Positions 20,429 to 30,077 of a stretch of DNA of 64,000 nucleotides are shown piece after piece. Within the stretch, counting starts at the first letter, position 1, and each line of letters begins with the position of its first letter. The stretch comes from Acidimicrobiia bacterium (GTDB lineage: Bacteria; Actinomycetota; Acidimicrobiia; Spongiisociales; ZC4RG35). The position numbers were made by a program, and so were the translations under genes. The notes below the pieces were generated by a model, which worked only from the letters and a program-made list of their open reading frames with translations, ran no database searches and was not told the origin of the DNA. Where the stretch lies: positions 608,001-672,000 of the forward strand of contig CBDBCY010000004.1 of NCBI GenBank assembly GCA_965203555.1, read 5' to 3'.

Positions 20429-21426
20429 CGCAGCGCCATTCCCTGGTGGGTTTCCACGTACACGTCCTCCAACGCTTCGTCCGGTCGGGGATGGGGACTC
20501 TGCTCGGCAAACCGGGCCGCCTCGTCCAGCCGGGCCTCGACCGCCCGACGCACTCTCTCCAGTTCGGAGTCGTCGATCCCCGCGTCCCGCAAATGCTCCT
20601 CGAACACCCGCAACGGATCGCGGGCCATCCACTCCTCCAATTCGCCGCGTGGCCGGTAGCGGGCCATGTCCCCTTCGTAGTGACCCCTGTGACGGTAGGT
20701 CCGGGCCTCGATCAGGGTGGGACCATTTCCCTCCCGGGCCCGGCTGACTGCCGCTCGAGCCGCCTCGCGCATCTCCAGGACGTAGTTTCCCTCCACAACC
20801 ACCCCCTCCATGGCGTAGGAATCGGCCCGCCGGGCGATCTCGGTAATGGGCTGGTGCTTGTGCTGGGGAGTGAACTCGCCGTAGAAGTTGTTCTCGCACA
20901 CGTACACGACCGGCAGGGACCACAATGAAGCAAGATTCAACGACTCGTGGAAGCTGCCCTCGTTGGTGGCCCCGTCCCCGAAGAAGGAAACCGCCACCCT
21001 GCCCCTGCCTTCTCGTTTCTTCTGAAGGCCGGCGCCGGTGGCCAGCGGGATTCCTCCTCCCACTATGCCGTTGGCGCCCAGGAACCCCAGTTCCACGTCG
21101 ATCATGTGAAGCGACCCTCCCTTGGCCCGGTTGTAACCGTCCCGGCGGGCATACAACTCCGCGTACATTCGGGCAGGGTCGGCGCCGCGGGCCAGCATGT
21201 GACCGTGACCGCGATGGGTGCTGGTGATCACGTCCCCCTCCTCCAGGGCGGCGCACACTCCCACCGCCACCGCCTCCTGGCCCACGTAGGGATGCAGGAA
21301 CCCGGGGATGAATCCCTGCTGGCGGAGATGAGCGGCCCGTTCCTCGAAACGGCGAATCAGATACATGTCCCGGTACAGGTCGATCTTTTGCTCAACACTC
21401 GGTTCCTGACCGGTCATCCCGTCCAT
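20425..21426 (-). CDS. ThDP-dependent dehydrogenase E1 alpha subunit (AcoA/PdhA-like)
   Basis: GQEA, THRGHGH, GGSLH, GDGA...ENN ThDP motif, TYRHRGH. Confidence 0.93.
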   Translation of the reverse strand: MDGMTGQEPSVEQKIDLYRDMYLIRRFEERAAHLRQQGFIPGFLHPYVGQEAVAVGVCAALEEGDVITSTHRGHGHMLARGADPARMYAELYARRDGYNRAKGGSLHMIDVELGFLGANGIVGGGIPLATGAGLQKKREGRGRVAVSFFGDGATNEGSFHESLNLASLWSLPVVYVCENNFYGEFTPQHKHQPITEIARRADSYAMEGVVVEGNYVLEMREAARAAVSRAREGNGPTLIEARTYRHRGHYEGDMARYRPRGELEEWMARDPLRVFEEHLRDAGIDDSELERVRRAVEARLDEAARFAEQSPHPRPDEALEDVYVETHQGMALR

Positions 21427-21499
21427 GGTAGAAGCACCGGCACAGTGCGTGGCCGAGGAAAAACTCTCCCCTATCAGCCGACCATCCGGCGCCGGCCTC

Positions 21500-21883
21500 C
21501 TAACGCGGCAGGACGGTAATGGAACATCTCACTCCGGGGGCCCGGGCCAGACGGACGTCGGTGATCAACAGAGGGCAATCGAGGGCTTCCGCCAAGGCTA
21601 CGTAGGTTGCGTCGTATGCAGTCAGGTTGGCCCGCAACTCCCAGATGCGATCGAGGAGACCCACCGCGCCGTAGCGTCGCAGCCCCATTCCAACCCAACG
21701 CTCCAAGGCCGGATCGGCCTGTGAAAGGCCGATGGCGCCTCGTCTCACCAAGCGACGCAAAGCGTGACAGAGCTCCGAATCCACCAAGTGAGGCACGGCC
21801 ATGCGTTGACGAGCCGGCCTACTCCTGATCGGTGGGGACAAAAGCAGGACATGCAGCACCACCGAGGCGTCGACCACGATCAG
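21500..21883 (-). CDS. vapC: VapC PIN toxin (apparent CTG start)
   Basis: IVVDAS...DSE...LTAYDATYVALAE...LITD. Confidence 0.8.
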   Translation of the reverse strand: MIVVDASVVLHVLLLSPPIRSRPARQRMAVPHLVDSELCHALRRLVRRGAIGLSQADPALERWVGMGLRRYGAVGLLDRIWELRANLTAYDATYVALAEALDCPLLITDVRLARAPGVRCSITVLPR

Positions 21884-22101
21884 CGACCGGCGCGTCCTTC
21901 GTCCAAAGCCGCCAGTATCTGTGCTGTGGGGACATCCAGATCGGGAAGACCATCCAGCAACGCCGGATGGTCGGCCCGGCGTGAAGCGATCGCGAGCTCC
22001 CTCACCGCCGAGGCCGAAACCGAGATACCTTCCCAATCGGCCAGGACCTTCAGCCGGCGCGCCACCTCATCGGGAACGTTCCTTGGATACAACGTCTTCA
22101 T
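21880..22101 (-). CDS. vapB: VapB/FitA-like RHH antitoxin
   Basis: MKTLYPRNVPDEVARRLK..., 73 aa, overlaps the PIN gene. Confidence 0.8.
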   Translation of the reverse strand: MKTLYPRNVPDEVARRLKVLADWEGISVSASAVRELAIASRRADHPALLDGLPDLDVPTAQILAALDEGRAGR

Positions 22102-22166
22102 GATTCGCACAACTAGAAACACACATGCGAAAGCGACTTCGGATACTCCTCCACCGGTGGGGACTG

Positions 22167-23129
22167 TCAGACTCGGGGCGGGGGATCGCCCACCATCGGA
22201 AGAGCGCGCACCAGAGCCGGCGCCTCCCCTCCCTCCCAGCGGACGGTCACCCGGTCGCCGGGGTCGGTTCCCCGTCTGATGAGCGACAGGCCCACCGGCG
22301 CCCGTACCTCCAAGGATTCGGCGACCGACGTGATCCTTCCCACCGTCTTCCCCCCCCTTCGAATCTCCGAACCCTCGGGAGGAAGAAGGTTGGTTCTCAC
22401 CTCCAGACCCCGGAGGGTGCGGTTCACCCGGCCGCGGCTGTCGATGCGGGCGGCCAACTCCTGGCCCAAAAAGCAACCCTTGTCGAACGAGATGGCGGCC
22501 TCGGCCAGTTGACCGGTTTCCTGGGGGATGGTCCGCCGATCCAGATCCCTGCCCGGCGAGGGCTCGCCGCACTCCACCCGGACCGCCCGCCAGGCCAGCT
22601 CTCCCACCGGCCGTGCACCGGCGGGAGCATCACCGGTGAAGAAGACTCGGGGAAGACCCGCCAACCCTGCCGCGGCGCGGAAAGTCTCTCCGTCCCTCTC
22701 CCAACTCCCTTCTCCCGCCGCATCCCACCAGGCACAGCCGGGGCCGACCAGGGCGGAGACCCCCCGGGAGTCGACCCGGATCCCGGCCTTGACGCGAATC
22801 CGGTAGTAGTCGAGCGTCTCGGCCAATTCCTCTCCCTCCCCCTTCTCGCAGATCAAACCCAGCCCCCGGTCGTCTTTCAGCACCCAGAGCACGAAACGCA
22901 CCATTCCTCGAGGGGTCAGGAAAAATGACCGGCACACTCTCCCCACCGGCAGTGACTCCACGTCGGCGCTGACCAATCCCTGCATGAAGGAGACCGCGTC
23001 GGGGCCTTCCGCCCAAACCACCTCCCAACGGTCGGGAACCCGACCGCACCCCCGCCGCAGGGCCAGGTATTCGCCGGTCACATTGCCGAAGCTGTCCGGA
23101 GGCGCATCGGATCCCACCGCAAAATCCAA
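22167..23129 (-). CDS. ygfZ: YgfZ-type folate-binding protein (GcvT fold)
   Basis: GPDAVSFMQG; signature KGCFLGQE. Confidence 0.88.
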   Translation of the reverse strand: MDFAVGSDAPPDSFGNVTGEYLALRRGCGRVPDRWEVVWAEGPDAVSFMQGLVSADVESLPVGRVCRSFFLTPRGMVRFVLWVLKDDRGLGLICEKGEGEELAETLDYYRIRVKAGIRVDSRGVSALVGPGCAWWDAAGEGSWERDGETFRAAAGLAGLPRVFFTGDAPAGARPVGELAWRAVRVECGEPSPGRDLDRRTIPQETGQLAEAAISFDKGCFLGQELAARIDSRGRVNRTLRGLEVRTNLLPPEGSEIRRGGKTVGRITSVAESLEVRAPVGLSLIRRGTDPGDRVTVRWEGGEAPALVRALPMVGDPPPRV

Positions 23130-23144
23130 ACCGGGCCTGTGCCG

Positions 23145-24623
23145 TCAGCCCTGAGAGGCCATGGCTATGGCAACCAGCGGCGCCGCCGCCTTGTTCATGG
23201 TCTCCTCGTACTCGAAGCCGGGCCGGCTGTCGGCCACCACTCCACCACCGGCCTGGACCCAGGCCGTACCGTCGGCCACGATCACGGTTCGCAGGCAGAT
23301 GGCGGTGTCCATGGCGCCGGAGAAGTCGATGTATCCCACCGCCCCCGCGTAGGGACCTCGGGCCACCGGTTCCAGTTCGTCGATGATCTCCATCGCCCGC
23401 ACCTTGGGAGCGCCCGACACCGTCCCGTGCGGGAAGGTGGCTCGCAGCACGTCCACCGGACCCACCTCGGGTCGCAGCGTCCCCGAAACGGCCGAGACGA
23501 TGTGCATCACATGGCTGTAGCGCTCGATCACCATCAGATCGTCCACCTGCACCGTCCCGAATTCGCACACCCTCCCCACATCGTTTCGAGCCAGGTCGAT
23601 CAGCATGACATGCTCCGCCCGCTCCTTGGGATCGGCCAGCAACTCTTCCGCAAGGGCGGCATCCTCATCGGGAGTGGCGCCCCGGGGGCGGGTGCCGGCG
23701 ATTGGCCTCGAGTACACCTTGCCGTCCCGCACCCGGGTCATCAACTCCGGAGACGACCCCACCACCTCCACCTCCGCGGAGCGTACGTAGAACAGGTAGG
23801 GCGAGGGATTGATGAGCCGAAGCGCCCGATAGATATCGAAGCTGTCTCCGCAGAAGGGCACGGTCAGCCGCTGGCTGGGAAGCACCTGGAAGACATCGCC
23901 GGCCCACACATAGTCGCGGGCCTTCAGCACGGCCGCTTCGTATTCGGGACGGGTGAAAGTGGAGACGAACGGGGGCGAGGGAGGCAAGTCGGGCGCCGCG
24001 GGTTGGAGTTCGTATGCCAGCGGCGCAGCCAGGCGCTCCATGTCGTCGGACAGCCGGGCCACCGCCTCTCGATAGTCAGACTCGGGATCCCGGCCCACAT
24101 AGATATTTCTCATCAGAGTGATGGTCTGGGTGAAACGGTCGATAGCCGCCAGTCCGCCCAAAAAATGCCACAACATCTCCGGGAGATCCCGGTCGTCGGG
24201 GGGCCGGGAGGGCAGGTGCTCCACATAACGGACGCAGTCGTATCCCAGATACCCCACCATTCCCGAGTGGAGCGGCGGGAAGCCGGGCATCTGGGGAATC
24301 GAGAACTGACGGTGCAGTTCTTCCACCACCTCCAACGGATTGCCCGCCGGAAGTTCCAGGTCGGCGCCGGTTACCTCGCACCTGCCGTTTCGAGAGGTGA
24401 GGATGAAAGCGGGATCCCATCCCACGAACGACCAGCGCGCCCATCGCTCTCCGCCTTCGACCGACTCCAGAAGAAACCCGGGCTCGTTTCCGGCCAACTT
24501 CTGGAAGACCGTGAGAGGAGTCTCCCGGTCTCCCACCAGATTCACCGCCACCGGAACCACCCGGCACCGGGCGGCTATCTCCAGGTATTGATCCAGGCCG
24601 GGCGTGACTTCAAGGTCGTTCAT
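23145..24623 (-). CDS. trpE: Anthranilate synthase component I
   Basis: LLESVEGGERWARWS, NPSPY, PIAGT, KERAEH.MLIDLARND, GTVSGAPK. Confidence 0.95.
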   Translation of the reverse strand: MNDLEVTPGLDQYLEIAARCRVVPVAVNLVGDRETPLTVFQKLAGNEPGFLLESVEGGERWARWSFVGWDPAFILTSRNGRCEVTGADLELPAGNPLEVVEELHRQFSIPQMPGFPPLHSGMVGYLGYDCVRYVEHLPSRPPDDRDLPEMLWHFLGGLAAIDRFTQTITLMRNIYVGRDPESDYREAVARLSDDMERLAAPLAYELQPAAPDLPPSPPFVSTFTRPEYEAAVLKARDYVWAGDVFQVLPSQRLTVPFCGDSFDIYRALRLINPSPYLFYVRSAEVEVVGSSPELMTRVRDGKVYSRPIAGTRPRGATPDEDAALAEELLADPKERAEHVMLIDLARNDVGRVCEFGTVQVDDLMVIERYSHVMHIVSAVSGTLRPEVGPVDVLRATFPHGTVSGAPKVRAMEIIDELEPVARGPYAGAVGYIDFSGAMDTAICLRTVIVADGTAWVQAGGGVVADSRPGFEYEETMNKAAAPLVAIAMASQG

Positions 24624-24672
24624 GGCGAGTGGGGCGGATGGTGGGGTATGGGACTCAGAATCTTGGCGTTGA

Positions 24673-25446
24673 TCAGATTTCTGTCAGGTTACTGAGCAGG
24701 GGGATCGCCGCGAACAAGTTGGAGATCACCCTCGACAGCCAACTGAGCCCGTTGAACATCATCAAAACACCGAAGGCGGTCATCAAGACGCCCGCCACGA
24801 TGATGAGGGGACGGCTGATCTTTCTCACCACCGCCAGGGCGCTGAACGCCTTGGAAAGTCCGATCCCCGACAGGACGAACGGCACACCGATGCCCAGCGA
24901 GAAGACAAACAACAAAAACATCCCCGCCAGGACGGTGTCCTGGGAGGCGGCGATGGCCAGCACCCCGCCCAGGATCGTGCCGATGCAGGGAGACCATCCG
25001 AAACCGAACGCCGCTCCCAGCACCACCGGAGACAGGAACCCGAAACGGGAGGTGGCCACATGAAAGCGGCGCTCCCGGGCAAAGAAAGCGAAAATACCCC
25101 GGGTGGAGAAGGACATTCCCACCATCACCACTCCGAATATGGCTATCACCGCCCCGGCGATCCTGGTCACCACCAGTTGATTCTGGAGCAGGAACTGGGA
25201 GATGGAGGTGGCCCCGGCGCCCTGCGCCACGAAGATGATGGTGAATCCCGCCACGAACAGCAAGGTGGCTCGCAGCATCTTGGAGGTGGAGGCCGCTCCG
25301 GTCTGCAGATCGGCCACCGAATACCCCGACACCATGGCCAGGTATCCGGGCAGAAGCGGCAACACGCAGGGAGATATGAAGGCCAGGAGTCCCCCTCCGA
25401 ACGCCACCGCCAACTGCAGTGCCAGAGCCATGTCCAAGAAATTCAT
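24673..25446 (-). CDS. ccdA: Cytochrome c biogenesis protein CcdA
   Basis: FISPCVLPL and GWSPCIG motifs, multiple TMs. Confidence 0.92.
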   Translation of the reverse strand: MNFLDMALALQLAVAFGGGLLAFISPCVLPLLPGYLAMVSGYSVADLQTGAASTSKMLRATLLFVAGFTIIFVAQGAGATSISQFLLQNQLVVTRIAGAVIAIFGVVMVGMSFSTRGIFAFFARERRFHVATSRFGFLSPVVLGAAFGFGWSPCIGTILGGVLAIAASQDTVLAGMFLLFVFSLGIGVPFVLSGIGLSKAFSALAVVRKISRPLIIVAGVLMTAFGVLMMFNGLSWLSRVISNLFAAIPLLSNLTEI

Positions 25447-25694
25447 CGAAGGGCCTTCCCAGCGTTGAGTTCCGTGCGCAAGTCAAATGCCATCAACCGG
25501 GATTTTACCGTTCGTGCCTGCTTACGGCGCTGACCATAAGGGCAGTTGGAAGAGGCTCGGATGAAGTATGGGCTTTCCGGTGTGGGGGTGGTTCATCCGC
25601 GGCAGGTGCAGGCGCCGCGGGTCGAAGTAACCTGGGTCGCGGTCAGCAACCGGGTGGTCTATCTCTTGGAGCCGTCTGATCGGCCGGCACCGAC

Positions 25695-26261
25695 GTGAAC
25701 CGCATCCACGATTGGTACTGCAAGTCGGAGCGGTGGAAGCGATTGATGGTCGATCGAGTGCTGCCCGATGTCCTCGACGGGGTCGACCTGGAAGGCCGGG
25801 TGTTGGAGATCGGACCGGGCCCGGGGCTTGTCACCGCGGCGCTGCTCGAGTACGGAGTCGCGGACCTGACGACGGTGGAGATCGACCCGAGGGCCGCCGA
25901 GCGGCTCCGCGGCCGGTTCGGATCCAGCGTCTCCGTCCACACCGGATCGGCCTCCGACCTGCCGCTCGCCGACGAGTCGGTCGACGTCGTGGTGTGCTGC
26001 ACGATGCTCCATCACGTTCCGACGGTGGCAGAGCAGGATCGCATCCTGGGTGAGTGCCGGCGCGTTCTGGCGCCCGGCGGGGTAATGGTCGGATCCGACT
26101 CGAAGACCAGCCTCCGCTTCCGGATGTTCCATCTGTGGGACACCCACAACCCGGTCGACCCGGCAGGTCTCCACGCCCGCCTCGCCGGTGCGGGGTTCGA
26201 GCAGGTGCTGGTCACCGAGTTCGACAAGCGGTTCCTGTTCAGGGCATCGGTGGCTGCATGA
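25695..26261 (+). CDS. Class I SAM-dependent methyltransferase
   Basis: VLEIGPGPG, LPLADESVD, LHHVP, RVLAPGG. Confidence 0.9.
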   Translation: MNRIHDWYCKSERWKRLMVDRVLPDVLDGVDLEGRVLEIGPGPGLVTAALLEYGVADLTTVEIDPRAAERLRGRFGSSVSVHTGSASDLPLADESVDVVVCCTMLHHVPTVAEQDRILGECRRVLAPGGVMVGSDSKTSLRFRMFHLWDTHNPVDPAGLHARLAGAGFEQVLVTEFDKRFLFRASVAA

Positions 26262-26854
26262 GCGATCGGTCCCGGGCGACGGTGCGCCGGCTGCCGGGGT
26301 TGCTCCTCGGTCTGACGTTGTTCGGAATCGGCATGGGCCTCTTGGTGGAGGCCAACCTCGGCCTGTCGCCCTGGGAGGCCCTCCACCAGGGGATCTCCAT
26401 CCACACCCCGCTCACCATCGGGATCGCCGGGATCCTCACCGGGTTCATCGTGCTGCTCGCATGGATCCCTCTCCGGCAGCGGCCCGGACTCGGCACAGTC
26501 CTCAACATAGTCGTCGTCGGATTGGTGATCGACGGGACGCTGCTCCTGATTGACGGTCCGGCGGCATTCGTGGCGCGCCTGGCCCTCATGCTGGGCGGGA
26601 TCGTGATCGTGGCGCTCGGATCAGGCATCTACATCGGAATGCGGCTCGGACCGGGCCCGCGGGACGGGCTGATGACGGGACTGGCCGGGCGCGGCCTCTC
26701 GATTCGGCTGGCACGGTTTCTCATAGAGGGCTCGGTGTTGGTGGTCGGCTGGCTGCTCGGCGGAACGATCGGGTTGGGCACGGTGGCCTTCGCCGTGCTG
26801 ATCGGTCCGCTGGTCCAGTTCTTCCTCGAACGTATCGACGTAGCCAGACCGTGA
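26258..26854 (+). CDS. YczE/YitT family membrane protein
   Basis: LGLSPWEALHQG, GPGPRDGLMTG, GGTIGLGT; ATG overlaps the upstream stop. Confidence 0.9.
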   Translation: MSDRSRATVRRLPGLLLGLTLFGIGMGLLVEANLGLSPWEALHQGISIHTPLTIGIAGILTGFIVLLAWIPLRQRPGLGTVLNIVVVGLVIDGTLLLIDGPAAFVARLALMLGGIVIVALGSGIYIGMRLGPGPRDGLMTGLAGRGLSIRLARFLIEGSVLVVGWLLGGTIGLGTVAFAVLIGPLVQFFLERIDVARP

Positions 26855-26937
26855 CCGATCCGGCAGTCGGGGGTTGAAGTAGATCCCGTGCTGACGCCCG
26901 CCCCATCGGCACTGCGCGCCCATGCCGGGTTGACCAC

Positions 26938-28263
26938 TCACCGCCTTCCGTCTCTTATCCACCGCCCCAATCCGTGCCGTCCTCCCCAGAGGAACACGCA
27001 GAACCGGGCAACGATCATGGCAATGATCGCCCACCACACCCCCGACAGACCCCCTCCCGCCGCGTCCGAGACCCACAGCACCGCCGCCGCCGCCGCCAGT
27101 CCCACCCCGGTGGAAGCGGCCAGCAGCCTAACCGCCAGCACCGCCATGAATATTCCGTCCGCCACGAACACCAGGGCAGCCAACGGCTGCATGAGGGCGG
27201 CCAGGGGCGCCACTCCCCTCACCGCCTCCGCCACCGCCCGATCGTCGGTGAACACCCCGCCCAGCCAGGGGGCGGACGCCGCCAGCAATGCGGCGATCAC
27301 CAGGCCCATCAACACTCCCCATCCCAGAAGACGCCTGGTGACCTGGTGGGCGCCGTCCACGTCCTCGCGTCCGGTCTGCTCCCCCACCAGGGCCTGGCCT
27401 GCGATGGCCAGCGAATCGAGGGTGAACGAACAGAGCGCCCATACCCCGACCATGATCTGGTGGGCGGCCACCTGCACCGTCCCCACCCGGGCCGCGGCCG
27501 CCACGCTCAGGGTGAGGGTTAGCACCAGGAACAGGGTGCGGAGCGCCAGGACCGCTCCCATCCCCCAGAAGCGGAGCAGATCGCCCCACCTCGTCCCCCG
27601 GGCCGACCATCCCTCCACGGACGCACGCCGGGAGAGGAGAAGGAAGAAGCAGCCGGCGCCCAGCCACTGGGCGGTGACCGTCGCCCACCCCGCCCCGGCG
27701 AGGCCCCATCCCAGGCCGAAGATCAACACCGGATCCAGCGCCGCGTTGAAGGCGTTCACCCCCACCGACACCCACATCGGGGTGCGGGTGTCCTGGTATC
27801 CCCGGTAAATCCCGTGGGAGGCCAGGTTCAGGAGAGCTGCGGGGAAGGCCATGGCTCGGATACGGAGATACTCGACCGCCGGACCGGTCACTTCCGCAGA
27901 CGCCTGCATCAGGCCCACCAGCGCCCCCGACGCTGTCCAGAACACCGCCACTCCCACCACCCCCAGGCCGATGGCGGTCACGATCGCCTGGTTGACCACC
28001 CGGGTCGCTCCAGCCCTGTCCCCCCGGCCGAGGCTCTGGGAGACCATGGGAGTGGTCACGAAGGCCAAGAAGTTGCAGACCGCAAACGCCATGGTGAAGA
28101 GGGCCGTGTCCACCCCGAGCGCCGCCAACTCCACCCTTCCCAGGCGCCCCACGAAGGCGGTGTCCACCAGAGAAAGCAACGGATCGGCCACCAATGCGGC
28201 CAAAGCGGGCACCGCCAGGGCCAGGATGCGGCGGTCCCAACCTCTCCCGGAACTTCGGGTCAC
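26938..28263 (-). CDS. MATE (DinF-like) efflux transporter
   Basis: LAVPALAALVADPLLSLVDTAFVGRLG, DTRTPM, AAHQI. Confidence 0.93.
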   Translation of the reverse strand: MTRSSGRGWDRRILALAVPALAALVADPLLSLVDTAFVGRLGRVELAALGVDTALFTMAFAVCNFLAFVTTPMVSQSLGRGDRAGATRVVNQAIVTAIGLGVVGVAVFWTASGALVGLMQASAEVTGPAVEYLRIRAMAFPAALLNLASHGIYRGYQDTRTPMWVSVGVNAFNAALDPVLIFGLGWGLAGAGWATVTAQWLGAGCFFLLLSRRASVEGWSARGTRWGDLLRFWGMGAVLALRTLFLVLTLTLSVAAAARVGTVQVAAHQIMVGVWALCSFTLDSLAIAGQALVGEQTGREDVDGAHQVTRRLLGWGVLMGLVIAALLAASAPWLGGVFTDDRAVAEAVRGVAPLAALMQPLAALVFVADGIFMAVLAVRLLAASTGVGLAAAAAVLWVSDAAGGGLSGVWWAIIAMIVARFCVFLWGGRHGLGRWIRDGRR

Positions 28264-28305
28264 GGACGGAGCATTCCTTTCACCTGCAAGGGCACCGGGA
28301 CCCGC

Positions 28306-28983
28306 TCAGGAGCGGTCCGGCCAGTCGCACAGGCCGTCAAACATCATCTCGCATTCGGTGCAGCGAGGCGCCCGTGCGTCGCAGATGTCCCGTCCGAATT
28401 GGATGAACCTCATGGAGATTCCGCCCCATGCCTTGGTCGGGTAGAGGGCCTTGAGATCTTTCTCGATCTTTTGGGGATCGGTCTGGACGGTTAGGCCGAT
28501 CCTTCCCGTGACCCGCCGGACATGGGTATCGACCGCGATGGCGGGAACGCCGAAAGCCTCGGCCAACACCACGCTGGCCGTCTTTCTCCCCACCCCTCGA
28601 AGGGTGATCAGTTCCTCGAGTTCGGCAGGCACCACCCCTCCGAACCTTTCCGTGACATCACGGGACAGTTCTACGATTGCCCGAGCCTTCTGGCGGTAGA
28701 AACCGGTGGAGAAAACCACCTGTTCCACTTCCTCCGGATTCGCCTCGCCCAGATCGGCGGCGGTGGGCCATCGGCGGAAGAGCCCCGGTGTGACCCGGTT
28801 GACATTCTCGTCGGTGGTCTGAGCGGACAGGACGGTCGACACCAGCAACTCCCAGGGGTTGCGGTAGTCCAATGCTGTCCGGGCGGCCGGATAGCGGCGA
28901 ACCAGCCGATTGAGCACCGCCCGCGCCTTTCCCCGCTGTGCGGGGGTGGGCGCGCTACCGTCCGATAGGAACTTGGATGCCAC
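28306..28983 (-). CDS. nth: Endonuclease III
   Basis: LSAQTTD, HhH LRGVGRKTA, AVDTHV, C-terminal 4Fe-4S Cys motif. Confidence 0.95.
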   Translation of the reverse strand: MASKFLSDGSAPTPAQRGKARAVLNRLVRRYPAARTALDYRNPWELLVSTVLSAQTTDENVNRVTPGLFRRWPTAADLGEANPEEVEQVVFSTGFYRQKARAIVELSRDVTERFGGVVPAELEELITLRGVGRKTASVVLAEAFGVPAIAVDTHVRRVTGRIGLTVQTDPQKIEKDLKALYPTKAWGGISMRFIQFGRDICDARAPRCTECEMMFDGLCDWPDRS

Positions 28984-29076
28984 TCGAACAGTGATGCTAG
29001 TTGCGCCCACCCCGGCAGGTCGGCGCCGAAGCATTGGACCAGTAGCCGCCCATCACATCACCCACCCTCCACAGCC

Positions 29077-29556
29077 ATGGAAAACTCTCAGAATCTCGCA
29101 ACCACCAGCCTGATCACGCAAGTCCGGGACTATTACGGTGAGGGGTGCTTCGCCTGCGGCCAGGCCAATCCGCATGGACTCCGCATGGACGGGTTCCGGA
29201 TCGACGACGGCTGTGCGGTCGCCGAATTCCACCCCCGAGCAGAACACCGGGGAACTGAGGGAACGCTGCACGGCGGGGTCATAACCACCACCCTGGACGA
29301 GATCTCGGTGTGGGCTGCGATCCTCACCTTCCACACCATGGTGGTGACCGGTCGGATCGAGGTCAGATTCCACCGTCCCTCCATGGTGGACGACCCCGGT
29401 CTGTGGGCCCGGGGCCGGGTGAAAGAACGACGCGGCAAACGCCTGATCATCTCGGCCGAGTTGCTGTCGGGCGCCCGTGTCTGCGCGTCATCGAACGGCC
29501 TGTTCGTAGCCACTCAAACCCTGGAGGAGATGGGAATCCTGATCCCGGGCAAATAG
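29077..29556 (+). CDS. PaaI-like hotdog thioesterase
   Basis: CFACGQANPHGL, LHGGVITTTLDE. Confidence 0.9.
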   Translation: MENSQNLATTSLITQVRDYYGEGCFACGQANPHGLRMDGFRIDDGCAVAEFHPRAEHRGTEGTLHGGVITTTLDEISVWAAILTFHTMVVTGRIEVRFHRPSMVDDPGLWARGRVKERRGKRLIISAELLSGARVCASSNGLFVATQTLEEMGILIPGK

Positions 29557-29570
29557 GGAGGACGACGCCG

Positions 29571-29662
29571 ATAATCGAGGGAGTTGTTCGGCTGCGGAGC
29601 GTTTCGATCACCGCAGAGGTCTTCGTTTCTCGACCTACGCGGTTCCGAAAGCCTGGCGATAG
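29571..29662 (+). pseudogene. Fragment of a sigma-70 family sigma factor (region 2)
   Basis: IIEGVVR, a frameshift, then AAERFDHRRGLRFSTYAVP-stop; matches region 2.2-2.3. Confidence 0.6.
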
Positions 29663-29884
29663 AGGCCCTCCGAGAACTGCGATTGCTTTGCACGCAATCA
29701 ACACGCCCATGCATGCGGGGTCGCGATGTTTTCTTTGTAAGAATCGTGATGAAATGCTTGTCTTTGTCTCAGGTGGGTTGCATATTGATGTAGACAAACA
29801 TGTATGTGCGGTCCGGATCGCCTTCATCAGATGGTTCCAGTCCTTGGTGGATAAGCATTGGTACACAGCGCCCCGCCGATTACA

Positions 29885-30075
29885 GGAACCAACTAGCCAA
29901 CGACTGAACTGTTTCGGTTCCGGACAGGCCTGCGCCTGTCCGCGGTCTTTGCCGGTCAGGAGGCGGCGGGTCGGGAGGGAAACCCATTAGGGGGGCCGAC
30001 GCATGCTAAGGTGGCAAAACCAGGTGGGGGTTCGTTGGTTCCGGGTTGTGGGAGTCGTTGGTTGAGGGCCGGTCG
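29885..30075 (-). ncRNA. Candidate structured RNA or element end downstream of the DUF222-HNH gene
   Basis: Two 9-bp long-range complementarities (29885-29893 with 30034-30042; 29897-29905 with 30053-30061) and an 8-bp hairpin at 29922-29941. Confidence 0.3.
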
Positions 30076-30077
30076 GG

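Noticed and set aside
19448-21256. 602-aa fused E1 ORF, and other N-terminally extended ORF-track calls (tadB, trpC, hyi, SDR, murB)
   Set aside because: The extensions overlap upstream genes in another frame; real starts lie at stop-start overlaps or just downstream
22167-23129. GcvT partner of the free lipoyl carrier (glycine-cleavage-like system)
   Set aside because: The KGCFLGQE signature identifies YgfZ, a housekeeping factor, and a TA pair separates it from the cassette
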